In this document: positions 28,777-37,924 of the stretch, piece by piece
Layout: each line of letters begins with the position of its first letter
How positions within the stretch are numbered: position 1 is the first letter of the stretch
The notes under the pieces: model-generated
Seen by the model: the letters and a program-made list of their open reading frames with translations, nothing else
What the model was told of the DNA's origin: nothing
Database searches by the model: none
Origin: Cyanobacteria bacterium P01_D01_bin.156
GTDB taxonomy: Bacteria > Cyanobacteriota > Cyanobacteriia > Phormidesmidales > Phormidesmidaceae
Reading direction: 5' to 3'
Length of the DNA stretch: 64,000 nt
NCBI GenBank assembly: GCA_039024555.1
Contig: JBCCQQ010000008.1
Location: 64,001 to 128,000, forward strand
Translations under genes and position numbers: made by a program

Positions 28777-31700
28777 GTATGACCAGCGATCGCACCATTG
28801 AAACATTTCTGGCCGATCTTGCTCGCCAGGACATTAAGCTATGGCTAGACGGAGAAAAGCTCAGGTGCAGTGGTCCAGAAGAACTGCTTACCGACAACTT
28901 TAATGCAGGTCTAAAGGCTCGTAAGGCAGAGATTATTGATTTTTTGCAACAGGTACATGGGCAATCGGCCACACCTAAAATTACTCCCGCCGAGCGCAGT
29001 GGCTCTCTGCCACTTTCCTTTGCCCAGCAGCGTCTGTGGTTCCTAAATCAGATGCAGCCTGAGGCGGCAGTGTATAACCTGCCCATGGCCATTGAAGTAG
29101 AGGGCTTTCTGGATGTAGCTGCCTTTACCCAGAGCCTAAACGACATTGTGCGTCGTCATGAAGCATTACGCACTCGATTTATTACCGTTGATGGTCAGCC
29201 AACCCAGGTGGTGGAAGCACCGGTCCCCGTCACCATAGAAGAAATAAATTTACAGAATAAGGCTGATGTAGAAGCCCAGGTAAGACAGGCGGCGATTGTT
29301 GCTGCTCAGAAGCCTTTTGACCTGAGCCAAGACCAGCTACTGCGGGTTACTCTACTACGCCTAAGTGAAGCAAAGTCGGTGGTGTTGTTCACCCTCCACC
29401 ACATTATTGCCGATGGCTGGTCCATGGAGATTTTGATCCAGGAACTAGGGGCAGGCTATCGAGCTGCGTTGATGGGGCAGATGGCATCTTTACCCAACTT
29501 GTCAGTACAGTACGCTGATTTTTCGGTGTGGCAGCGCCAGTGGCTTCAAGGAGAGAATCTAGAAAAACAGCTTAACTATTGGCGAAATCAGTTAGACATT
29601 CACCAGCCTGTGCTGCAACTGCCGACAGATTTTCCTCGGGCCAGGGTGCAAACCTATCGGGGTGCAGTGAAACAGTTTTCATTGTCACCAGAATTAAGTC
29701 AAAAACTCACTGCCCTTGCCCAGAGTCAATCAGCTACAGTCTTTATGACTCTACTGGCGGCATTCAAGGTACTGCTTTATCGGTATACAGGCCAAACGGA
29801 CCTGGTGGTGGGCACACCCATCGCCAATCGTCATCGCGCCGAGGTGGAAGGGCTGATTGGATTATTTATCAATGTGTTGGCGCTGCGATCGCAACTCTCT
29901 CCCCAAGCTGGTTTTCAAGATCTCCTAGCTCAGGTAAAAGCCATTACTCTCAATGCCTACGACCATCAAGATCTTCCCTTTGAGAAGTTGGTGGATGAGC
30001 TGCAGCTAGAGCGAGATTTAAGCTACAGCCCTCTATTTCAGGTCAAGTTTCGTCTGGAAAATGCCCCCCAAGAGACTCTCAGCTTACCGGGGCTAACCTT
30101 TAAGCGACTGCCCCAGGCGGTGACCACCGCCAAGCTAGACCTCAGTGTCGATCTATATGAAACTCCCAACGGCATTGTCGGTGGCTTTGAATACAACTGC
30201 GATCTGTTTAAGTCGGAAACCATTCAGCGGATGGTGCACCATTTTCAAATAATTCTGGCCTCCATTGTGGCTGCTCCAGATCGACCCATTGCTGAGCTCC
30301 CCATGCTTACCGAAACTGAACTGCAGCAACAGCTGGTGGACTGGAACACTACGGAGAAACCCTATCGCCAGAATAGCTGTTTCCACTATCTCTTTGAAGA
30401 ACAGGTAGAGAAAACGCCTGGTGCGATCGCACTTATCTACGACGACGGAACCACTCCTCAACAGCTGTCTTACCAGGAACTCAACCAGCGCAGCAACCAG
30501 CTAGCCCACCGCCTAATCTCTCTAGGCGTCAGCCCAGAAAAGATTGTCGGCATCTGCGTAGATCGCTCCCCTGAGATGATTATTGCTATGCTGGCTGTGC
30601 TTAAGGCCGGTGGAGCCTACCTACCCTTAGATCCCACCTATCCGCCAGAACGTCTGGACTACATGCTCTCCGACGCCCTGGTAGCGGTACTGCTTACCGA
30701 GAGCAAATTCTCTTTTGACCTAAGCGCTCAGCGGGTAAACCTGGATACCCAATGGCCCCAGCATCAGCCCAATACTAATCCTGAGCATATCGTTGGCCCC
30801 AACAATCTGGTCTACCTGATTTATACCTCCGGCTCCACCGGTAAACCTAAAGGTGTCCTGATTCCCCACAGTGGTTTAGTCAACCTAACAGAAGACAAAA
30901 TTCGCATCTGTCAAGTACGCCCTGGTGACTGCATCCTACAATTCTTCTCCTTTAGCTTTGATGCCTCTATTCCAGAAATCATCATGGCATTGGCCACAGG
31001 TTCAAAGCTTTTGCTGGCTCCGGCCACTACCATGCTGCCTGGCCCCGACCTGAAAAATCTCATCCAGCGGCACAACGTCACCCACATCACGATTACTCCG
31101 TCTGCCTTGGTGAGTGTACCCTACGATGATTTTCCAGAGCTGCGCATGGTGCTAGTCGGTGGCGAAGCTCCCAGTCCAGAACTCATTGAAACCTGGAGCC
31201 AAAACCGGCTATTTATCAATGCCTACGGTCCCACTGAAACCACTGTAAATGCCAGTATGGTGCCCTGCGGCAATGGCCATCCGGTGGAACCAACACTGTT
31301 ACCCAGCACTAACAAACAGCTGTATATCCTGGACAATAATCTCCAGCTGTTACCCATCGGCGTACCCGGTGAGCTACACATCGCCGGAGTGGGATTGGCC
31401 CGTGGGTATTTGAATCGTCCCGATCTAACAGCAGAACGGTTTATTGCAAACCCATTTGCCAGGAAGCAGGGGAGCAACCGGAAGTCGGAAGTCGGAAGTC
31501 GGAAGTCGGAAGTCCACCCATCACCCACCCTCTATAAAACTGGTGACCTTGCCACATACCTCCCCGATGGTCGCATTAAGATTCTGGGTCGCATCGACAA
31601 TCAGACTAAGATTCGTGGCTTCCGCATAGAGCTGGGAGAAGTTGAGCGCATTCTACAGTCTCACCCAGATATCAAAACCAGCATTGTTGTGGTTAGAGAG

Positions 31701-32207
31701 GATAATGGCAACAAGCGACTGGTGGCCTACGGTGTGCCGATGGTGGCTAACGGCGCAACACCAACAGAAATTCGACAGTTTGTGGCAGAAACACTGCCTC
31801 AGTATATGGTGCCGTCAGTGTTTATATGGTTGCCTGCTCTACCGTTAACGCCCAACGGTAAGGTAGATACCAAGTCGCTGCCTGCACCCACTGTTGTCTC
31901 TAATCAGGAACAGGTAGCTCCTCGCAATGCCACAGAACAGACTTTGGCTGAGATTTTTGCCCAGGTGCTCTCTTTAAAGTCTGTAAGCATCTACGATGAT
32001 TTCTTTGATTTAGGTGGTCATTCCTTACTGGCCACACAGCTTGTGGCTCAACTTCTCAATCAGTTCTCAGTGGAAATCACGGTGATTGATTTATTTGAGG
32101 CTACCACCGTAGCAGGGTTAGCCCAGCGGGTAGAGCAAAAACGACGCTTAGCTCAGATGCAGCTACCGGTAGACAGCGATGAAGAACGGGAGGAGATTGC
32201 ATTATGA
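28773..32207 (+). CDS. NRPS TubC_N (beta-hairpin docking)-C-A(aromatic, Tyr/DOPA-like)-T; last elongation module
   Basis: N-terminal FLADLARQDIKLWLDGEKLRC...LKARKAEII docking domain. C HHIIADGWS. A code read by eye is DAPTLGAVNK. T GGHSL. C-terminal EEREEIAL. No TE domain. Confidence 0.9.
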   Translation: MSMTSDRTIETFLADLARQDIKLWLDGEKLRCSGPEELLTDNFNAGLKARKAEIIDFLQQVHGQSATPKITPAERSGSLPLSFAQQRLWFLNQMQPEAAVYNLPMAIEVEGFLDVAAFTQSLNDIVRRHEALRTRFITVDGQPTQVVEAPVPVTIEEINLQNKADVEAQVRQAAIVAAQKPFDLSQDQLLRVTLLRLSEAKSVVLFTLHHIIADGWSMEILIQELGAGYRAALMGQMASLPNLSVQYADFSVWQRQWLQGENLEKQLNYWRNQLDIHQPVLQLPTDFPRARVQTYRGAVKQFSLSPELSQKLTALAQSQSATVFMTLLAAFKVLLYRYTGQTDLVVGTPIANRHRAEVEGLIGLFINVLALRSQLSPQAGFQDLLAQVKAITLNAYDHQDLPFEKLVDELQLERDLSYSPLFQVKFRLENAPQETLSLPGLTFKRLPQAVTTAKLDLSVDLYETPNGIVGGFEYNCDLFKSETIQRMVHHFQIILASIVAAPDRPIAELPMLTETELQQQLVDWNTTEKPYRQNSCFHYLFEEQVEKTPGAIALIYDDGTTPQQLSYQELNQRSNQLAHRLISLGVSPEKIVGICVDRSPEMIIAMLAVLKAGGAYLPLDPTYPPERLDYMLSDALVAVLLTESKFSFDLSAQRVNLDTQWPQHQPNTNPEHIVGPNNLVYLIYTSGSTGKPKGVLIPHSGLVNLTEDKIRICQVRPGDCILQFFSFSFDASIPEIIMALATGSKLLLAPATTMLPGPDLKNLIQRHNVTHITITPSALVSVPYDDFPELRMVLVGGEAPSPELIETWSQNRLFINAYGPTETTVNASMVPCGNGHPVEPTLLPSTNKQLYILDNNLQLLPIGVPGELHIAGVGLARGYLNRPDLTAERFIANPFARKQGSNRKSEVGSRKSEVHPSPTLYKTGDLATYLPDGRIKILGRIDNQTKIRGFRIELGEVERILQSHPDIKTSIVVVREDNGNKRLVAYGVPMVANGATPTEIRQFVAETLPQYMVPSVFIWLPALPLTPNGKVDTKSLPAPTVVSNQEQVAPRNATEQTLAEIFAQVLSLKSVSIYDDFFDLGGHSLLATQLVAQLLNQFSVEITVIDLFEATTVAGLAQRVEQKRRLAQMQLPVDSDEEREEIAL
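31462..31530 (+). repeat. Intragenic composite repeat: AGCAGGGG remnant + (CGGAAGT)5 + CACCCA units
   Basis: Heptamers at 31479-31513 are the reverse orientation of the 12929 and 20300 arrays, before YKTGD. Confidence 0.95.
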
Positions 32208-35200
32208 TCTCCCTCAAAGACTTCATCGGCTATCTTAAACCCCAGGTGGTAGCAGAACCGCTGATTCGTCAATGGTATGCCTGGAGCTATCTGATTCCAC
32301 CAGCCACAGCGGCTCGGTATCTAACAGAGTCGCAGCTGAAAATTATGGAATCCTTTGTGGCTGCGCCAGAGGTTCATGCTTCTACGCTGAGAGATCCTGC
32401 TATGCAGGGAGGGCCTTTTATTAACCATGGACCTGGCCGAGTGGGTGAGGTCAAGACACTCTTAGAAAAGAGTAAAGCAGAGCAGGCAAAACTATTGGGT
32501 TTGAGCGATGCGATCGCAACCCTCACTCACCAGCTGAACCAACATCCTCCAGGCAAATCCCTAGAATCTCTTTATGCCCAGATACCGGAACCCCTCCAAG
32601 GCTACGTAGAGCTAGTTTATGATGCCGAAAACAATCCATCTATTCGCTTTATTGAGGGTCTGTTGTACCGCAGCGAATATTACAACTCAGCGGACCAAAG
32701 TATTGCCTTACGCGTATACGCTAACAGCGACCAACGTGCTTTTGTAATGAGCACTCCGCGTCTACCCGATAACGACAGTCTGTTTCTCCCCATCCCTTTT
32801 GTAGATTCCCGGTTAGATCAGCTTTTCCAAATGCGGCACACCCCTAATTCAGTGGAAGCCATGGCTGATTTATTGGAGATTACAGGCTCGAATCGTCCAT
32901 TCTTTTACAATCTCTTTACCCCTGAAGCACCTAGAAAAAATCCGTCCTATCAAGATGACGGCGTTAGAATTCGCTACCTAGGACATGCCTGCGTGCTGAT
33001 CGAAACCGCAGAAATCTCTATTCTCTGCGACCCGCTAGTGAGCTACGAACATCCTGCGGGAATGGAGCGCTACAGCTATAAGGACCTGCCAGAAACCATT
33101 GACTATGCCCTGATTACCCACAACCATCAGGACCACGTCATGCTAGAAACATTGCTACAGCTGCGCCACAAAATCAAGCATATTGTTATCCCCAGCAGTC
33201 AAAAGGGCTCTCTCCTCGATCCATCCCTCAAGCTTGCCCTTCAACAAATCGGCTTTTCTCAAGTACGAACTTTAGACGAGCTAGAAAGCATCCCCCTTCC
33301 CGATGGTGAAATCATCAGCATTCCTGTTCTGGGGGAACACGGCGATCTCAATATCTCTACCAAAAACGCCTACTGGATTAACCTCAAGGGTCATTCCATA
33401 CTGTGTGCCGCTGACTCTAACAATCTTGATCCTAGACTCTACAGCCATATCAATCATTTACTGGGTGATCTCGATATTCTCTTTATCGGCATGGAATGCG
33501 ACGGTGCCCCCTTCACCTGGGCCTACGGGCCGCTACTGCCTCAGCCTACTCCCCACAAACAAGCCCAAACCCGTCGCCTTGATGGCTCCAATGCAGAACG
33601 AGCTCTTACCCTGGTTAACCAGCTCAACCCGCAACAAGTTTACGTCTACGCTATGGGTCAAGAACCCTGGCTTACCTACATTACTTCTATCAATTACACC
33701 CCAGATTCCACTCCCATTATTGAATCCAATCAGCTAGTCAAACACTGTCAACAACAGAATCGCACTAGCGAACGTATGTTGGGACGAAAAGAAATCAAGC
33801 TACCCCCGAGCCAGACTAAACAAACGAAAAAGAACAACCCCATTCCTGTCCTTTCCGAATTTCGAACTCCGAATTCCGAATTCCAAAGCCCACCGCTCCA
33901 CCCCTCCACCGCGTCCCTACCCTCGTCATCCTCTGTCAAATCAATGACTGCTGACACCCTCACCCCCTTCCTCGCCCAACTTCAAAGCCTCGATATTCGC
34001 CTCTGGATGGACGGTGATACACTGCGCTGCAACGCACCCAAGGGTGCCTTAACCCCAGAATTAACAATTAAACTAAAAGAACACAAACCAGAAATCATTG
34101 CCCTACTTAAAAACACCACGGCGCAAACTTCACCCTCGACACCAGCCAATCCTCAAGCAACATCTTCTGTTCAAGTGCCTGACTGGCGACAGGATCTCAT
34201 TCTCCCAGCAGATATTATCCCGACTCCTCCGCTCCACCACTCCACTACTCCCAAAAATATCTTCCTAACCGGAGCTACAGGATTCCTAGGGGCCTTTCTA
34301 CTATATGAACTCCTACAACAAACTGATGCGACCATCTATTGCCTGGTACGAGAATCTAAATCAGGCCTAGATACACTGGAACAGTGTCTGTCCAGCTATA
34401 GAATCTGGCAGCATAGTTTTGCCTCTCGTCTCATACCAGTTTCGGGAGATTTAAGTGAGTCGTTTCTAGGATTATCTGAGACCTATTTTGAGGCTCTAAC
34501 CGAACAAATTGATAGCGTTTATCACAATGGTGCTCAGGTTCACCATATTTCTCCCTACGCCCAGCTTAAAGCAGCTAATGTAAACGGCACCCGAGAAATT
34601 ATTAAGCTAGCCTGCCAAGGGCGGCCTAAGTCCTTGCACTACACGTCCACGCTTAGTGTTCTACCGCCAACGCCGCTGCCGGGACAGGTCAAGCTCTATG
34701 AGCAGAGCAACTTGGGAGATTATCCTGTGCCAACTGGAGGCTACAACCGGACTAAGTGGGTAGCAGAACAGCTAGTGGCACAGGTTCGCGATCGCAACCT
34801 CCCTGTTACCATCTATCGCCCTGGTCCTATCTCTGGCCATAGTCAAACCGGCGTTTTTAATCGCAACGATTTTCTCTATCGGCTGATGCAGGGCTATGTG
34901 CAATCTGGCATGGCCCCGGAAGGAGAGATGCCTCTGGATATGCTGCCAGTGGACTACGTGAGTAAAGCCATGGTCTATTTATCCCTGCAACCCGAGTCCG
35001 TGGGTAAAGCCTTCCATCTAATTCACCCAGAATCGGCATCCTCAAATCTGTTATTTGAAGCATGTCAAAGGGCTGGCTATCCCATCCAGCGGGTGCCCTA
35101 TGAGCAATGGTTTAAGAAACTAATGCTCATTGCCCAGGGAGATGAACAGCATGCATTGTATCCTCTAGTTTCCCTATTCTCATCACGGACTGGTGAGAGC

Positions 35201-35368
35201 AACGCGGCCAATCAGGCCCTGGAAGTTCCGTTTGATACGGAGCAAACCTATACCGGATTGAAAAATGCTCCCTTTGATTTACCACGATTAAATCAATCGT
35301 TATTTGATACCTATCTGAAGGCCATGGTTGCAACCGGTACGTTATCGCCGCCCCCGGTGTTGACATAA
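32204..35368 (+). CDS. Fusion: CmlA-like metallo-beta-lactamase-fold diiron beta-hydroxylase + TubC_N docking domain + terminal thioester reductase (R)
   Basis: N-terminus EPLIRQWYAWSYLIPP...MQGGPFI, THNHQDH, GEHGDL and ADSNN match CmlA-family motifs. Internal FLAQLQSLDIRLWMDGDTLRCNAP docking domain. R domain has TGATGFLG, YNRTK and IYRPG. Confidence 0.88.
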   Translation: MISLKDFIGYLKPQVVAEPLIRQWYAWSYLIPPATAARYLTESQLKIMESFVAAPEVHASTLRDPAMQGGPFINHGPGRVGEVKTLLEKSKAEQAKLLGLSDAIATLTHQLNQHPPGKSLESLYAQIPEPLQGYVELVYDAENNPSIRFIEGLLYRSEYYNSADQSIALRVYANSDQRAFVMSTPRLPDNDSLFLPIPFVDSRLDQLFQMRHTPNSVEAMADLLEITGSNRPFFYNLFTPEAPRKNPSYQDDGVRIRYLGHACVLIETAEISILCDPLVSYEHPAGMERYSYKDLPETIDYALITHNHQDHVMLETLLQLRHKIKHIVIPSSQKGSLLDPSLKLALQQIGFSQVRTLDELESIPLPDGEIISIPVLGEHGDLNISTKNAYWINLKGHSILCAADSNNLDPRLYSHINHLLGDLDILFIGMECDGAPFTWAYGPLLPQPTPHKQAQTRRLDGSNAERALTLVNQLNPQQVYVYAMGQEPWLTYITSINYTPDSTPIIESNQLVKHCQQQNRTSERMLGRKEIKLPPSQTKQTKKNNPIPVLSEFRTPNSEFQSPPLHPSTASLPSSSSVKSMTADTLTPFLAQLQSLDIRLWMDGDTLRCNAPKGALTPELTIKLKEHKPEIIALLKNTTAQTSPSTPANPQATSSVQVPDWRQDLILPADIIPTPPLHHSTTPKNIFLTGATGFLGAFLLYELLQQTDATIYCLVRESKSGLDTLEQCLSSYRIWQHSFASRLIPVSGDLSESFLGLSETYFEALTEQIDSVYHNGAQVHHISPYAQLKAANVNGTREIIKLACQGRPKSLHYTSTLSVLPPTPLPGQVKLYEQSNLGDYPVPTGGYNRTKWVAEQLVAQVRDRNLPVTIYRPGPISGHSQTGVFNRNDFLYRLMQGYVQSGMAPEGEMPLDMLPVDYVSKAMVYLSLQPESVGKAFHLIHPESASSNLLFEACQRAGYPIQRVPYEQWFKKLMLIAQGDEQHALYPLVSLFSSRTGESNAANQALEVPFDTEQTYTGLKNAPFDLPRLNQSLFDTYLKAMVATGTLSPPPVLT
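33853..33914 (+). repeat. Repeat-built interdomain linker: 5 TTCCGAA-type heptamers + CACC-type octamers
   Basis: Heptamers at 33853-87 and CACCGCTC CACCCCTC CACCGCGT at 33891-914, between the hydroxylase and docking domains. Confidence 0.9.
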
Positions 35369-35439
35369 TTTTTGGTTTCGTGCCCACCCTACAGTTTCCT
35401 CCTTGCCCCCTTCTCCCCTGCCCCCTTTCTCCTCCTACC

Positions 35440-36360
35440 ATGACCGAACGTTATACCGACTACAACAATTGGGCCTGGCTCTACAACAAGACCGTGGGAC
35501 CAGACTATAGCAAGCCTCAACTGGCATTGCTTGAGAGGGTGTTGTTACCCCACATACCAAAGCAAGGAAAGATTTTAGATTTGTGCTGTGGTACGGGGCA
35601 ATTGATTCAGCCACTAATTGAGGCTGGATATGATGTGGTGGGACTGGATGGCTCTGAGGAAATGTTGGCCTATGCCCGGCAGAATGCGCCCCAGGCTGAT
35701 TTTCTCCTAGAGGATGCCCGCACCTTTGATTTGGAAGCCAGTATTGACGGTGTATTTTCCACCAGCGCTTCTCTCAATCATTTGATGAGTTTGCCAGAGC
35801 TGACCCAGGTATTTGAGCGAGTGTATCGGGCTCTGAAACCAGACGGCATATTTGTGTTTGACCTCAACCATCCAGAGCAGCTAGAACGCTGGTGGCAAGG
35901 GCAACCCACTGAAGGTGAAATTAGTCGCTACTTTGCTTGGATGATTACTCCTCGCTACGATTCCAACTCTGCTGAAGGAGCATTTGAAGTCACTATTTAT
36001 CAGTCTTCCGTAAAATCCTCTGGCCTGATTAGACAGCTGTTGTTTCCCATTAAAAGGATGCTGTATACGCTATTAAGCCGCCCCCGCTTTATCGGTCTAC
36101 GTCTGCGGGTTCTACAAAATTTTGCTGGCTTTGAACCCCACTGGGAACAGAAAAAACTTAGCTATCCCGTCAAGGGCCACGAGATTAATGCTGTTATTAC
36201 AGCACTTCAGCAGGTGGGATTTAAGGACATCTCGCTACAAACTATTGATGGTTCTTCAAAAATTGACGATCGCCATTCCGCCCATTTTATTTGCCAGAAA
36301 TCGTCCTCTACTTGTTTAAATACAACGGCTGAAACAGTCTCGGTTATGGATTCACCATAG
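35440..36360 (+). CDS. Class I SAM-dependent methyltransferase (candidate N-methyltransferase)
   Basis: ILDLCCGTGQ, GLDGSEEML and LKPDGIFVFD motifs. ATG35440 is preferred because the GTG35380 extension only translates a C/T repeat. Confidence 0.88.
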   Translation: MTERYTDYNNWAWLYNKTVGPDYSKPQLALLERVLLPHIPKQGKILDLCCGTGQLIQPLIEAGYDVVGLDGSEEMLAYARQNAPQADFLLEDARTFDLEASIDGVFSTSASLNHLMSLPELTQVFERVYRALKPDGIFVFDLNHPEQLERWWQGQPTEGEISRYFAWMITPRYDSNSAEGAFEVTIYQSSVKSSGLIRQLLFPIKRMLYTLLSRPRFIGLRLRVLQNFAGFEPHWEQKKLSYPVKGHEINAVITALQQVGFKDISLQTIDGSSKIDDRHSAHFICQKSSSTCLNTTAETVSVMDSP

Positions 36361-36430
36361 ATACTCAAGACGAGGGCAGGCAAAAGACCAGCCCCTTTTT
36401 CCATACCTGTTCTTCTGTTTACCCAAAACC

Positions 36431-37879
36431 ATGACCACCACAATTTCCACACAACAACACCTCCAAGGAATCATAGAGCGTTACACTCAGCGTACTGTGA
36501 AATCAAAACAACAGGCTGCGGCCAACCGCTCTGTCGTGGCGGATAAAAGTTCCATTGGGTTTAATTTCTCCCTGGAAACGAAGGAGATGTGCTATCCAGT
36601 GGTGGCAGCAAGAGCTGAAGGTTCTCGACTTTGGGATATTGATGGCAATGAATATATCGATATCCTGATGGGGCTGGGCACCTATCTATTTGGCCACAAT
36701 CCTCCTTTTATTCGAGAAGCACTAGAAACCCAGTTAAAAAAAGGAATTCCCATCGGACCCCAAGCAGAGTTAGTGGGAAACGTTGCCCAACTAGTGAGTG
36801 CTCTCACGGGAATGGAGCGGGTCACATTTAGCAACACCGGCACTGAAGCGGTGATGACAGCTGTGCGCATTGCTCGTACGGCTACCAAGCGCAAAAAAAT
36901 TGCGGTATTTACCAACTCTTACCACGGTCATTTTGATGCGGCCCTGTTGCGAGCTCCCCTGAGCGAATATGCTCGCAAAAAGGCAGTAAGAGTAACCGGC
37001 TCTAAACCCTGGCTAGCGCCAGTTAACTGGCTACTCAAACAAAAAATTAACAGCCGTGCAGTACCGGCGGCTCTGGGTATTCCTCCAGCGGTAGCGCAGG
37101 ATGTCATGGTTTTAGAATACGGCAATCCTCAGTCATTAGCTGCCATTAAAGCCAACCGCAACAAGCTAGCAGCGGTTTTAGTAGAGCCTGTGCAAAGCCG
37201 CTGCCCGGAGCTACAGCCTAGAGATTTTTTACAGGAACTGAGATCGCTAACCAGCCAAATTGGTACAGCTCTAATTTTTGACGAAATGGTTACCGGCTTT
37301 CGGGTGCAACCTGGCGGTGCCCAAGCCCACTTTGGGATTCAGGCCGATCTCGCCACCTACAGCAAAATTGCAGGCGGTGGTTTACCCCTATCCATCATCG
37401 CCGGTAAATCTCGATTTATGGACCACATTGATGGTGGCCAATGGTGCTACGGTGACGACTCCCAGCCCCAGGTAAACACCACTTTCTTTGCTGGTACTTT
37501 CTGCAAACATCCTTTGGCTCTGGCCACGGCCCATGCTACCCTCAGCCGACTAAAGGCAGAGGGGACTGGGTTACAAACAGATTTGAACAAGAAAACAATT
37601 GATCTGGTAAATCGGCTTAACAGCTTTACCTCAGAGGCGCATTTGCCCGTGAGGTTTACCCAGTTTGGCTCCTTCTTTGCGATCGCACTCACCCAAAGCA
37701 AAATCTCCCCTCTGGCCACCAATCTACTGTCCTACCATCTGCTCAACCGCGGCATCCACCTACGGGGCGGCGACAAAGGCGGTTTTCTCTCCACCGCCCA
37801 TACCACAGACGACATCCACAAAATCTATACCGCCTTTTGCGAAGGTCTTACCGCCCTCCAACAAGCGAATTATATCTAG
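36431..37879 (+). CDS. Class III PLP aminotransferase resembling PKS/NRPS-embedded AMT domains
   Basis: LWDIDGNEYID, NTGTEA, VEPVQ, FDEMVTGFR, DLATYSK (PLP Lys) and FFAGTF. Confidence 0.92.
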   Translation: MTTTISTQQHLQGIIERYTQRTVKSKQQAAANRSVVADKSSIGFNFSLETKEMCYPVVAARAEGSRLWDIDGNEYIDILMGLGTYLFGHNPPFIREALETQLKKGIPIGPQAELVGNVAQLVSALTGMERVTFSNTGTEAVMTAVRIARTATKRKKIAVFTNSYHGHFDAALLRAPLSEYARKKAVRVTGSKPWLAPVNWLLKQKINSRAVPAALGIPPAVAQDVMVLEYGNPQSLAAIKANRNKLAAVLVEPVQSRCPELQPRDFLQELRSLTSQIGTALIFDEMVTGFRVQPGGAQAHFGIQADLATYSKIAGGGLPLSIIAGKSRFMDHIDGGQWCYGDDSQPQVNTTFFAGTFCKHPLALATAHATLSRLKAEGTGLQTDLNKKTIDLVNRLNSFTSEAHLPVRFTQFGSFFAIALTQSKISPLATNLLSYHLLNRGIHLRGGDKGGFLSTAHTTDDIHKIYTAFCEGLTALQQANYI

Positions 37880-37924
37880 TCTCTTCGCCCTGCCCCCCCT
37901 TTCCCCTTATCCCTTCTAAGAACC

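Noticed and set aside
12766..31629. Short alternative-frame or antisense ORFs sharing KSEVGSRKSE / SDFRLPTSDF peptides (e.g. 12766-13080, 20241-20525, 31223-31528)
   Set aside because: They are translations of the same heptamer repeats inside NRPS genes, not a peptide gene family.
5003..33914. Repeats as a CRISPR array, intein or intron
   Set aside because: Units are 7-8 bp with no spacers, there are no cas genes or splicing motifs, and the insertions are under 100 bp and in frame.
35380..35439. Pro-rich N-terminal extension of the methyltransferase
   Set aside because: It is encoded by a CCCCTG/CTCC repeat (reverse of the AGCAGGGG family) in the intergenic gap. ATG35440 fits better.
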